A stretch of DNA of 56,869 nt from an uncultured Clostridia bacterium (GCA_944392445.1 CALXWT010000003.1:1-56869); one strand, 5' to 3'; counted from the first letter of the stretch, positions 18,963 to 28,269 are shown. The notes: generated by a model not told the origin, from the sequence alone. Numbers and translations: made by a program.

Positions 18963-19250
18963 ATGAGAAAGAAGGCAAGAAAGTTTGATGAAATATTTGA
19001 AATTCCAGTTGAGCTTAGTACTAATGAGCCAAAACTTACAATAACTGGTTTCGAAAGGTTGCTTATAGAAAATTATAAAGGAATATTGGAATATCAAGAA
19101 TATTTTGTTAGAGTAAATACCCATATTGGAATAATAAATATAAATGGTTTTAATCTAAATTTAGAAGAGATGACCTCAGATGATTTGTTGGTAACTGGAA
19201 AAATTGAAGGGATTGATTTTGAAGAAGTTTCAGATGAAGCTGAGGCTTAA
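18963..19250 (+). CDS. yqfC: Sporulation protein YqfC (YabP family)
   Basis: ...FEIPVELSTNEPKLTITGFERLLIENYKGILEYQEYFVRVNT... is the typical YqfC sequence. It lies directly upstream of yqfD. Confidence 0.85.
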   Translation: MRKKARKFDEIFEIPVELSTNEPKLTITGFERLLIENYKGILEYQEYFVRVNTHIGIININGFNLNLEEMTSDDLLVTGKIEGIDFEEVSDEAEA

Positions 19251-19331
19251 GAAGTAAAGATTTATTTAAAATCTGAGCTTTAAACCGAATAAACACAAAG
19301 TAAATTATATAAAATATGAGGAGGAAAAGCC

Positions 19332-20513
19332 TTGAAATCAAATAAGCTTTTAGAATATGTAACAGGATATGTAGATATTGTAATTGAAGGTTACTATATA
19401 GAGCAATTTATTAATATTTGCAATACTAGGCAGATTAACTTGTGGAATATAAAAAAAGAGAACTCTATAAAGGTATTTGCAAGTATACAGATAAGTGATT
19501 TTAGAAAATTAAAACAAATTTGCAAAAAGACAAAGTGCAAAATAAAAATTCAAAACAAAAAGGGCTTACCTTTTATTATAAAAAAATATAAAAAAAGAAA
19601 GTTCTTTTTCCTCTTTTTACTATTAATAGTTTTAACTATAATTATTTTATCAAATTTTATTTGGAATATAGAAATTGAAGGAGAAACAGACATACCAAAA
19701 GAAGAAATACTAGAACTTGTAAAAAGTGAAGGCTTGGAGATAGGAAAGCTAAAAAGAACAATCGATACAAAAGAAATAATAAATAAGATAAGATTAGAAA
19801 GAGATGATATTTCATGGGTTGGTATAGAAATAGAAGGAACAAATGCAACAATTAAGCTAGTTAAAGCAGATGAAAAACCAGAGATTATAAATGATAGTGA
19901 ATATTGTAGTATAGTAGCAGATAAAAATGCAATGATTCTAAAAGTAAGTGCTCAAAACGGTACTCCCCTAGTAAAGGAGGGGGATATTGTAACAAATGGA
20001 GATATTATAGTTGCGGGATGGATGGAAGGAAAATATACTGGGAAGCAATATGTCCACGCACAGGCTGAAGTTCAGGCAAAAGTTTGGTATACAACTACAG
20101 AAAAAGTCTATTTGAAGGAAACGGAAAAAGTAGAGACAGGGCAGACTGAAAATAGCTATTCCGTAAAGATAAATAATTTTCAAATAAATTTGCCGAAAAG
20201 TCTTCCAAAATTTCAAAAATATGATACAATAGAGGAGAATAAAAAATTAAAACTATTTTCAAACTTTTATTTACCACTTGAACTTGTAAAATATACATAT
20301 AAAGAATATGAAGAAATACAACTTATACATAGTATTGAAGAGGCTAAACAAATTGGAATAGATAGGGCAAAAGAAAGCCTACAAGAAGAAATAGATGGTA
20401 AAGAAATTTTAGATAAGCAAGTAAAAGTAAGAACAGAAACAGACTATATAGAAGTAGAAGTTACATATGAAGTAAAAGAAAATATTGGTATAAAAGAAAA
20501 AATAGTTTTTTAA
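19332..20513 (+). CDS. yqfD: Sporulation protein YqfD (stage IV)
   Basis: 393 aa with a GYV.I.IEG.Y.E.FIN N-terminus and a single central TM. TTG start lies 7 nt after GAGGAGG. Confidence 0.85.
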   Translation: MKSNKLLEYVTGYVDIVIEGYYIEQFINICNTRQINLWNIKKENSIKVFASIQISDFRKLKQICKKTKCKIKIQNKKGLPFIIKKYKKRKFFFLFLLLIVLTIIILSNFIWNIEIEGETDIPKEEILELVKSEGLEIGKLKRTIDTKEIINKIRLERDDISWVGIEIEGTNATIKLVKADEKPEIINDSEYCSIVADKNAMILKVSAQNGTPLVKEGDIVTNGDIIVAGWMEGKYTGKQYVHAQAEVQAKVWYTTTEKVYLKETEKVETGQTENSYSVKINNFQINLPKSLPKFQKYDTIEENKKLKLFSNFYLPLELVKYTYKEYEEIQLIHSIEEAKQIGIDRAKESLQEEIDGKEILDKQVKVRTETDYIEVEVTYEVKENIGIKEKIVF

Positions 20514-20562
20514 AACAAACTTACAATCTAAGAAACACGAATGAAGAGAAAGGAAGGATAAA

Positions 20563-21789
20563 ATGGAAGAAAGAAGTTTAAGAATTTATAATTCAGAAAA
20601 GACATTTTTCTCTAAAATTACTAATACAATAAACAAATTATTTATACCAACAAGAATTGGAATAAATGGTATGTTAATATCAATAAAAAGGAACAACATA
20701 CTAAAGTCATATGATAATTTGCAAGAAGCAAAAGAACAAGAAAAAAAGGAAGTTCTATCTAAGAAATTAGACGATACTTATGCCTTATATTTAGAGGCTA
20801 TAGATAAATATATAATGGATTCAATATATAAAAAGGTAAGAAACGATGTAGCAACAGAATTTGAAAAAGAAGCTTTGTCACAATATTATGTTGTTACTCA
20901 TTTAAAAGAAACAAATTATACAGAATATAAATATAGAAAACAGCTATATTTAATTGGACTAGATTATCAAAATGTATTAACAGAAAAAGAAAAATTAGTA
21001 GAGAGATATAAAAGATTTTATTGTACAGAAACAGAGTCTTTATACAAAGGACTATTAAAACATTATTCAATAAGATTAGCTGACAATATTACAGATGCAG
21101 AAAAACAAGATGTATATGATAAAATTTTTAAAGTATTAGAAGAGTATATATCTAATATTCTACCTATAAAATTCGAAGTTGAACAAAACGAAACATATAA
21201 AGATATTTTAGATGAATTTGATAATTTTGACAGATTTTCAGTAGGAAAATTAGACCAAAATGATGTAATAGAAAAGAATTTGATTCTTTTAGGATTAAGT
21301 AGAAAATTATTTACGCATAGTCTTCCTCTTGTAGTAGCAGAGCAATGTTATATAAAACTTTTAAAAGATGCAAGAAGCTTAATTGTGGATACAAAGGTAT
21401 TGCGTAAACAAGAAAAAGCATATTCACTTTTAATAAGAATAATAGAAGAATATAATGTTAAATTATTAAGCACAAAAATCTATTGGGAGAAACCTGCACA
21501 AAGAGAAGAATACAAAAAATTCTGGGATAAATATAAAAAAGTTGAAGAACTTAAAGACAAAGATTACGACGAATATGTAAAACAAAAAGAAATTTTATTT
21601 ATAAGAAGCGATTTAGAGAAAGTTTCTACAAATGAAAATAAATATTTTAAAATAATAGCATTTTATAAACACAAACTAGTAGAACTAGGTGTTATGAGAA
21701 ATTTACGTAACTCATACGTATCAGAGGGGAAATATACTAAAATAGCAAAAGAAAAGAGACTAGAGAAGGTAAAACAAGAAGCAGTATAA
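20563..21789 (+). CDS. Hypothetical helical protein, 408 aa, no recognisable motif
   Basis: Clean ORF with a GAAAGGAAGGA SD. It occupies the position where phoH/pgpH normally sit between yqfD and ybeY. Confidence 0.6.
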   Translation: MEERSLRIYNSEKTFFSKITNTINKLFIPTRIGINGMLISIKRNNILKSYDNLQEAKEQEKKEVLSKKLDDTYALYLEAIDKYIMDSIYKKVRNDVATEFEKEALSQYYVVTHLKETNYTEYKYRKQLYLIGLDYQNVLTEKEKLVERYKRFYCTETESLYKGLLKHYSIRLADNITDAEKQDVYDKIFKVLEEYISNILPIKFEVEQNETYKDILDEFDNFDRFSVGKLDQNDVIEKNLILLGLSRKLFTHSLPLVVAEQCYIKLLKDARSLIVDTKVLRKQEKAYSLLIRIIEEYNVKLLSTKIYWEKPAQREEYKKFWDKYKKVEELKDKDYDEYVKQKEILFIRSDLEKVSTNENKYFKIIAFYKHKLVELGVMRNLRNSYVSEGKYTKIAKEKRLEKVKQEAV

Positions 21790-21806
21790 AATAAAAGGAA
21801 TTTGGT

Positions 21807-23117
21807 ATGAAAGAGAATTGCGAAATAATATATAAAAATTTAGAAAAAAAACAAAAATATGAAAGTACAATCAAACAGGTCGTGGATGAATGTTTTAAAA
21901 AAGAAAAATTAGATAAAACTAATTTGTATATGAGTGTGACTTTAACAAATCCAGAGGAAATAGAAAAGATGAACAGACAATATAGGAACATAGATAGACC
22001 AACTGATGTGCTTTCTTTTCCTATGTTTGAAAAAAACGAACTAGATAATTTTATAAAAGAAAATTTTAAAAATAATGATGTAAATGAAGAGGGAGATATT
22101 TTAGGAGATATAGTTATATCTATTCCAAGAGTATATGAGCAAGCCGAAGAATATGGACATAGCTTTGAAAGAGAACTTGCATATATGGTAGTACATGGAT
22201 TTTATCATTTAATGGGCTATGATCATATTGAAGAAGATGATAAGAAAGTTATGAGGGCAAAAGAAGAAGAAATTCTAAGTGTACTTGGAATTAAAAGAGA
22301 AACAAGTCAAAAAAAAAGTGAAGAAGAATTAGAAAAAATAGAAGAGCAAGAAAAAACAGAAGAAAATAAAACGACAAATGGAAATTTCTTAGATGCTTGG
22401 AAAAATGCAATAAATGGAATAATATATGCTACAACCACACAAAGAAATATAAAAATACAATTAGTACTTGCTGTTTTAGTTGTTATAGTTAGTTTGTTTT
22501 TTGACTTAAATAGAGCAGAATTTTTATGCTTTCTATTCACGATTATTTTAATATTGTTTGCAGAAATGGTTAATACTGCAATTGAAACAGTTGTGGATTT
22601 ATATGTAGACGTTTATCATCCAAAAGCGAAAATTGCAAAAGATGTTGCAGCTGGCGGAGTAGTAATAACTGCAATAAATGCTTTAATTGTAGCATACTTC
22701 TTGTTCTTTGATAAAATTAGTGATATTGGATTGAATTTTATAAATAATGTAATAAATTCACCTGTACATTTAGCATTTTCTGTAATAGTAATTGTTGTAG
22801 TAGCGATAGTTGCTTTAATAGCAATGGCAAGAACAAATAAACATAGAGGATTAAATCATAAATTTATTCCAAGTGGATTTACAACACTTGCTTTTGCTGC
22901 AAACACAATTATTTGGATAGTTACACAAAGCTCTAGAAACATAGTAAACACAATAATTATTACGTTATCATTGGTACTTGCTATACTAGTTTCTGCGAGT
23001 AGAATAGAAGCAAAAGCACATAAACTTTCAGAGGTGATTTTTAGTGCTTGTGTGGGGATTATTTTAGTTTTATGCTTATATGGTATTGCATATGGAATTA
23101 CAAGAATGCAAATGTAA
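21807..23117 (+). CDS. ybeY: Fusion protein: YbeY endoribonuclease + DgkA-type lipid kinase + degenerate PAP2-like membrane domain
   Basis: The N-terminus carries HGFYHLMGYDH (YbeY zinc motif). The centre carries ...EMVNTAIETVVDL...AKDVAAGGV (DgkA motifs). The C-terminus carries PSGF and SRIEAKAHKLSE (PAP2 motifs C2/C3, degenerate). It is one uninterrupted 436-codon frame. Confidence 0.75.
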   Translation: MKENCEIIYKNLEKKQKYESTIKQVVDECFKKEKLDKTNLYMSVTLTNPEEIEKMNRQYRNIDRPTDVLSFPMFEKNELDNFIKENFKNNDVNEEGDILGDIVISIPRVYEQAEEYGHSFERELAYMVVHGFYHLMGYDHIEEDDKKVMRAKEEEILSVLGIKRETSQKKSEEELEKIEEQEKTEENKTTNGNFLDAWKNAINGIIYATTTQRNIKIQLVLAVLVVIVSLFFDLNRAEFLCFLFTIILILFAEMVNTAIETVVDLYVDVYHPKAKIAKDVAAGGVVITAINALIVAYFLFFDKISDIGLNFINNVINSPVHLAFSVIVIVVVAIVALIAMARTNKHRGLNHKFIPSGFTTLAFAANTIIWIVTQSSRNIVNTIIITLSLVLAILVSASRIEAKAHKLSEVIFSACVGIILVLCLYGIAYGITRMQM

Positions 23118-23209
23118 CTTAACTTTGTTGTATATTAAGAAATAAGTATATTTTGAATATACAATAAAAAACAATGCTATTAAACATGAAAATAGGGAGT
23201 GAACAAAAA

Positions 23210-24247
23210 GTGAAGGGAACAAAAATATTTGTTGTTATACTTATACTTTTAATATTAATAGCCGCAGGTCTACTGCTATTAAAAACATTCAGAAATAATT
23301 TAGTACAAGAAGCTAATACTGATGTTGCAAATGAAGAGTTGGAAGAAGAGCCAATAGTTGTGCAAGAGCCAAAAACTCTATCTGGAGATTCTAGACCAAT
23401 AGCAGTAATGATAGATAATAATATTAATGCGATGCCACAGGCAGGATTAATTGAAGCAGATATTATATATGAAATAATTGTTGAGGGTGGAGAATCTAGA
23501 TTGATGTTAATCCTTCAAGACAAAGATTTAGACAAAATTGGGCCAATAAGAAGTGCAAGACACTATTTTTTAGATTATGCTTTAGAAAATGATGCAATTT
23601 ATGTACACTACGGCTGGAGTCCACAAGCACAAGCTGATATTACATCACTTGGAGTAGATAATATAAATGGAATTTATGAAAGCTCAACTTCATTTTGGAG
23701 AGTCGACGATAAATATGCACCTCATAATGCAGTAACTAGCACAGAGAATATTTTAGAAATTGCAGATAGAAAAGGATACAGAGTAGATAGAGAAAAAGAC
23801 AATGTGTTAAACTATGTGGTAGACGAGGTTGAACTTGATGATGGAGAAGTTGCAAATACTGTAACAATACCATATTCATCTGGAAATGTAGTAGAATACG
23901 AATATGATGAAGATTTAAAAGAATATGTGCGTTATTCTAGAGGAGAAAAGCAAGTTGATTGGGACACAGGAGAAACAGTAACAACCAAAAATATAATTAT
24001 AGAAAAAGCAAGAAATTCAACATTAGATGATGGATCAGGTAAAGGTAGACAAACTTTAGATAATCTAGAGGAACTTGATGGATATTATATTACAAATGGT
24101 AAAGCGATAGAAATTACTTGTGATAAAACCTCTAGAAGTGGTCAAACAGTTTATAAGGATTTAGAAGGAAACGCGATAGATGTAAATGATGGAAAAACAT
24201 TTATACAAATTTGTCCATTAGATGCAGAAATTACATTTGGTGAGTAG
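23210..24247 (+). CDS. DUF3048-family secreted/anchored protein (YerB-like)
   Basis: Signal anchor, then RPIAVMIDN...GL.EADIIYE..VEGG.SRLM.I and IGPIRSARHYF. The GTG at 23210 lies 10 nt after AGGGAG. The ATGs at 23174 and 23186 lack an SD. Confidence 0.7.
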   Translation: MKGTKIFVVILILLILIAAGLLLLKTFRNNLVQEANTDVANEELEEEPIVVQEPKTLSGDSRPIAVMIDNNINAMPQAGLIEADIIYEIIVEGGESRLMLILQDKDLDKIGPIRSARHYFLDYALENDAIYVHYGWSPQAQADITSLGVDNINGIYESSTSFWRVDDKYAPHNAVTSTENILEIADRKGYRVDREKDNVLNYVVDEVELDDGEVANTVTIPYSSGNVVEYEYDEDLKEYVRYSRGEKQVDWDTGETVTTKNIIIEKARNSTLDDGSGKGRQTLDNLEELDGYYITNGKAIEITCDKTSRSGQTVYKDLEGNAIDVNDGKTFIQICPLDAEITFGE

Positions 24248-24283
24248 TAATATCTTAGCACAACCAGAAACATACAAACAGAA

Positions 24284-24327
24284 AAACGAGAGTTGAAAAG
24301 GCTAATAGCCTATTTCAACTCTCGTTT
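24284..24327. terminator. Bidirectional terminator
   Basis: Perfect 15-bp arms AAACGAGAGTTGAAA / TTTCAACTCTCGTTT around a 14-nt loop, between convergent genes. Confidence 0.75.
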
Positions 24328-24331
24328 ACGG

Positions 24332-24742
24332 TTAAACAGGTAGCTCTAAGTATTGTTCAACCATGTTATGGTTGGAATCATATACTTGATGCAAGGTTAT
24401 ATTGATTATACTACCAACCTCTACTTGATTATAGAGAGTTATTGAATCTATTGTGGTAGTTATATCGCCATAACCTATAGTTATATGGTTGTACTCGGGA
24501 ATTACCTGAGGGACTGAGCGAGTTCCGCCAAAGGTCCAATGTTCTTTATGGACTACCTCCAAATCCTTATGTTCTTTAGAAAGTACAGTACCCTGAACTT
24601 GGGTATACTCGTGAGTATACTGAGTTGTATCCGAGTACTTTTCTGAATCGGGGATAGCTACATAGTTAGAGTAAGTAATTACAGGTACGATAAGAACTAG
24701 TACAATAACAATGCTAAGAGTTAACCGTTTTACAATTTTCAT
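24332..24742 (-). CDS. Orphan membrane-anchored protein, 136 aa, GC-shifted
   Basis: N-terminal TM (LTLSIVIVLVLIVPVI), then a His/Thr/Tyr-rich domain. SD is AAAGGAGA. Hand counts give 20, 29 and 26 G+C per 60 nt inside the gene. Confidence 0.6.
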   Translation of the reverse strand: MKIVKRLTLSIVIVLVLIVPVITYSNYVAIPDSEKYSDTTQYTHEYTQVQGTVLSKEHKDLEVVHKEHWTFGGTRSVPQVIPEYNHITIGYGDITTTIDSITLYNQVEVGSIINITLHQVYDSNHNMVEQYLELPV

Positions 24743-24839
24743 AACAATCTCCTTTCGCTTGAAAAAGCCATGACAAAGATTGGCGCGTTATCCCACAATT
24801 AGTAGGATAGCATGAAATATAAATTAATACTACGATATT

Positions 24840-24868
24840 ATTATAACACGGTAAACATAATGTGTCAA
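24840..24868 (-). promoter_or_regulatory. Perfect consensus sigmaA promoter of the 136-aa orphan gene
   Basis: On the minus strand: TTGACA (24868-24863), 17-nt spacer, TATAAT (24845-24840). Confidence 0.65.
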
Positions 24869-25009
24869 ATTGAAAAAATGTCGAGAATTCATTGTACAAA
24901 ATCAATCTATTTGATATAATACAGGCATATAATTAAGAGATTAAAATATGGCAGTGTATTTAATTGTATAATTATGAAAATAATAAAAAAAGAAAGGAAG
25001 TTGTACAGA

Positions 25010-25486
25010 ATGTGTGAATGTGTGGAAAACAAAATTAAAGAAGAAGTAAGAAAAATAATGGAACCATATAAACAGGAAAAAGATAATCTTATACCAATAC
25101 TAAATGAAGTACAAGAAAAATATGGATATATTCCAAAAGTTGCTCAAATGGAAATATCAAAATATTTAGAAATTCCAATGGCAGAAATATATGGTGTAAT
25201 TACTTTTTATGCAAGGTTTACATTAGAACCTAAAGGAAAGTATAATATTTCAGTTTGCTTAGGAACAGCTTGCTTTGTGAAGGGTTCGCAATCAATACTA
25301 GATAGATTAAAAGAAAGATTAAACTTAGAAGAGGGAAAAACAAGTGCAGACGGAAAATATTCTATAGATACAACAAGATGTGTAGGAGCTTGTGGAATTG
25401 CCCCAGTATTTACAGTAAATGATGAGGTTTATGGGCATGCTACGGTGAAGAAGCTTGATGAGGTTTTAGATGAACTTGAAAAATAA
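25010..25486 (+). CDS. hydC: NuoE-like [2Fe-2S] subunit of a multimeric [FeFe]-hydrogenase
   Basis: ...VCLGTACFVKGS...TTRCVGACGIAPV... is the NuoE/HndA cysteine pattern. SD is AAAGGAAG. Confidence 0.85.
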   Translation: MCECVENKIKEEVRKIMEPYKQEKDNLIPILNEVQEKYGYIPKVAQMEISKYLEIPMAEIYGVITFYARFTLEPKGKYNISVCLGTACFVKGSQSILDRLKERLNLEEGKTSADGKYSIDTTRCVGACGIAPVFTVNDEVYGHATVKKLDEVLDELEK

Positions 25487-25490
25487 TCAG

Positions 25491-25578
25491 CATATTGCGT
25501 TGTTGAAATTTAACAAAAAATCCTCATCATACACAAAGTACGATTCCGATGTTTTTGTTAAATTTCGCCTAGCAATAT
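25491..25578. repeat. Palindromic intergenic repeat unit, family B, copy 1
   Basis: ATTGCGTTGTTGAAATTTAACAAAAAATCCTC...GTAC...TTCCG...TTTTTGTTAAATTTCGCCTAGCAATAT. The arms GAAATTTAACAAAAA / TTTTTGTTAAATTTC are perfect complements. Confidence 0.75.
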
Positions 25579-25648
25579 ATTAATTATTTTTCAAGTTAAG
25601 TATGATAAAAAAGATTTTGAATACTAGTAAATCAAAAGGAGGTCTTAA

Positions 25649-27505
25649 ATGAAGACTATAGAAGAATTAAATAAAATTAGATCGGAAAAAAGAATTGAAT
25701 TAGATTTAAGAAGAAACACAAATGTAGACACAAGAGAAAAACACATTTTGGTTTGTAATGGAACAGGATGTACATCTTCTAAATCACCACAAATATTAGA
25801 AAATTTTAAAAGATTAGTTAAAGAAAATAATTTAACTAATGTACGTGTTATAAAAACAGGTTGCTTTGGGCTTTGTGCAAAAGGACCTATTGTAATAATT
25901 CGTCCAGAAGATACCTTTTATGCAATGGTGAAGCCAGAAGATTGTGAAGAAATTATAAAATCACATATAATGGAAGGCAAAGTAGTAGAAAGACTATTGT
26001 GCAAAGATATAGACGGAAAAAAAGTTACGAAATTAGACGAATTAAATTTCTATAAAAAGCAAAAAAGAATTGCACTAAAAAATTGTGGAGTAATAAATCC
26101 AGAGGATATAGATGAATACATAGCTTTTGATGGATATAGAGCTTTAGCTAGAGTGTTAATGGAAATCTCACCAGACGAAGTAATAGAAATAGTAGATAAA
26201 TCAGGACTTAGAGGAAGAGGAGGAGCCGGATTCCCAACAGGTAAGAAATGGAAAGCTACCAAGGAGGCAAAAGGAGATACAAAATATGTAGTTTGTAATG
26301 CAGATGAGGGAGACCCAGGAGCATTTATGGATAGAAGCATTTTAGAGGGAGATCCACATGCTGTGTTAGAAGCAATGGAAATAGCAGGGTATGCAATAGG
26401 AGCCGAGAAGGGATACATATATGTAAGAGCTGAATATCCAATAGCAGTTGAAAGACTAAAAATAGCAATAAACCAAGCACGAGAATATGGAATACTTGGA
26501 AAAAACATATTTGGAACTAACTTTAATTTCGATATAGAAATAAGACTAGGAGCAGGAGCCTTCGTATGCGGAGAGGAAACAGCACTTTTAGAATCAATAG
26601 AAGGACGTAGAGGTCAACCAAGAGTAAAACCTCCATATCCAGCACAATCTGGGTTATGGGGTTGTCCAACCTTAATAAATAATGTGGAAACATATGCAAA
26701 TATTGCTCAAATTATATTAAAAGGTGCAGAATGGTATTCATCAATAGGTACAGCAAATTCGAAAGGAACGAAAGTATTTGCACTAGGTGGAAACGTAAAT
26801 AATGTAGGCTTAGTTGAAGTTCCAATGGGAACAACTTTAAGAGAAATAGTATTTGACATTGGTGGAGGAATACCAAACGGTAGAGAATTTAAAGCAGCAC
26901 AAACAGGAGGACCATCAGGAGGATGTATACCAAAAGAGCATCTAGACACACCAATAGATTATGAATCATTAAAAGAAATAGGTTCAATGATGGGCTCAGG
27001 TGGCTTAATTGTAATGGATGACACGAAATGTATGGTATGCTTAGCAAAATTCTATTTGCAATTTACAGTAAGCGAGAGTTGTGGAAAATGTACACCTTGT
27101 AGAATTGGAACCAAAAGAATGTTAGAAATATTAGAGAAATTGACTAGCGGTGAAGGTAACGAATACGATATATACAGATTAGAAAAATTAGCTGTAAACA
27201 TTAAAAAAGCTAGTATATGTGGACTAGGTCAAAGTGCACCAAATCCAGTAATAAGCACATTAAAATACTTTAGAGAAGAGTTTAGGCAACATGCTATAGA
27301 AAAAGAATGTAAAGCAATGGAATGCAAGGCACTATCTAGAATAGAAATAGATGAGGAAAAGTGCAAAGCTTGTGGATTATGCCAAAAAAATTGCCCAGTA
27401 AATGCAATAGAAGGAGAAGGAAGAGAGAAAAGACATATAAATCAGGATAAGTGTATTAAGTGTACGACGTGTATTAGGTCTTGTCCATTCCACGCAATAG
27501 GCTAG
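25649..27505 (+). CDS. hydB: NuoF-like NAD(P)H/FMN/Fe-S subunit of a multimeric [FeFe]-hydrogenase
   Basis: 618 aa. N-terminal thioredoxin-like 2Fe-2S domain, GRGGAGFPTGKKW FMN site, SCGKCTPCR, and C-terminal 2x[4Fe-4S] ferredoxin motifs. Confidence 0.9.
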   Translation: MKTIEELNKIRSEKRIELDLRRNTNVDTREKHILVCNGTGCTSSKSPQILENFKRLVKENNLTNVRVIKTGCFGLCAKGPIVIIRPEDTFYAMVKPEDCEEIIKSHIMEGKVVERLLCKDIDGKKVTKLDELNFYKKQKRIALKNCGVINPEDIDEYIAFDGYRALARVLMEISPDEVIEIVDKSGLRGRGGAGFPTGKKWKATKEAKGDTKYVVCNADEGDPGAFMDRSILEGDPHAVLEAMEIAGYAIGAEKGYIYVRAEYPIAVERLKIAINQAREYGILGKNIFGTNFNFDIEIRLGAGAFVCGEETALLESIEGRRGQPRVKPPYPAQSGLWGCPTLINNVETYANIAQIILKGAEWYSSIGTANSKGTKVFALGGNVNNVGLVEVPMGTTLREIVFDIGGGIPNGREFKAAQTGGPSGGCIPKEHLDTPIDYESLKEIGSMMGSGGLIVMDDTKCMVCLAKFYLQFTVSESCGKCTPCRIGTKRMLEILEKLTSGEGNEYDIYRLEKLAVNIKKASICGLGQSAPNPVISTLKYFREEFRQHAIEKECKAMECKALSRIEIDEEKCKACGLCQKNCPVNAIEGEGREKRHINQDKCIKCTTCIRSCPFHAIG

Positions 27506-27672
27506 AAGCAATGAAAAGCTTCGAATTACGTCGTTAAATTTCAAAATATAATCCTCAGCGTACACCAAGTACGCTTCCGGTTATATTTTGAAATTTGCCT
27601 AGTACTTCTCGCTTTTGCTTGCTTCTAGGAAATTGTTATATTGCGTTGTTGAAATTTAGATAAAAAATCCTA
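27501..27672. repeat. Family B palindromic repeat, copy 2 (27501-27629), plus a left-half partial copy (27636-27672)
   Basis: Outer arms GCTAGAAGCAATGAAAAGC / GCTTTTGCTTGCTTCTAGG, inner arms AAATTTCAAAATATAA / TTATATTTTGAAATTT, core AGCGTAC-ACCAA-GTACGCT. The partial copy repeats ATTGCGTTGTTGAAATTTAGATAAAAAATCCT. Confidence 0.75.
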
Positions 27673-27690
27673 AAAAATGGAGTGATGGAA

Positions 27691-28269
27691 ATGAAATACT
27701 TTAAAAAATTAGTAGGAGATAAAATATACCTTTCTCCTAGAAATATTGAAGATGCAGAAATATATGTAAAATGGATAAATGACTTCGAGGTAACTGACTT
27801 TACAGGATATAGTTCAAAGATGATGGACATAGAAGGAGAAAAGGAATACTTGAGTTCTACAGCTAAAAAAGCTAATAATATATCATTTGCTATAGTAAAA
27901 CAAGAAAATGATGAGCTTATTGGAACAGCTGGCTTCGATAAACTAGATTATATAAATAGAGTTGGTACTATAGGAATAATGATAGGAGACCAAGAAAATA
28001 GAGAAAAGGGTTATGGAACAGAAACAATAAACTTGTTATTAGACTATGGATTTAATTATTTGAATTTGAACAATATAAACTTGTACGTAATGGAATTTAA
28101 TCCAAGGGCAATAGCATGCTATAAAAAATGTGGTTTCAAAGAAATGGGAAGAAGAAGAAAAACAGCATTCATTAATGGAAAATATTATGATAAATTGTAT
28201 ATGGACATTTTAAAAGAAGAATTCGATGAGAGAGGAAAAACATATATAAAAAATAAAAATATAAAATAA
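27691..28269 (+). CDS. GNAT-family N-acetyltransferase (RimJ/RimL-like)
   Basis: ...GTIGIMIGDQENREKGYGTE...LNNINLYVMEFNPRAIACYKKCGFKE. is the GNAT A/B motif pattern. GGAG lies 8 nt before the ATG at 27691. Confidence 0.8.
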   Translation: MKYFKKLVGDKIYLSPRNIEDAEIYVKWINDFEVTDFTGYSSKMMDIEGEKEYLSSTAKKANNISFAIVKQENDELIGTAGFDKLDYINRVGTIGIMIGDQENREKGYGTETINLLLDYGFNYLNLNNINLYVMEFNPRAIACYKKCGFKEMGRRRKTAFINGKYYDKLYMDILKEEFDERGKTYIKNKNIK

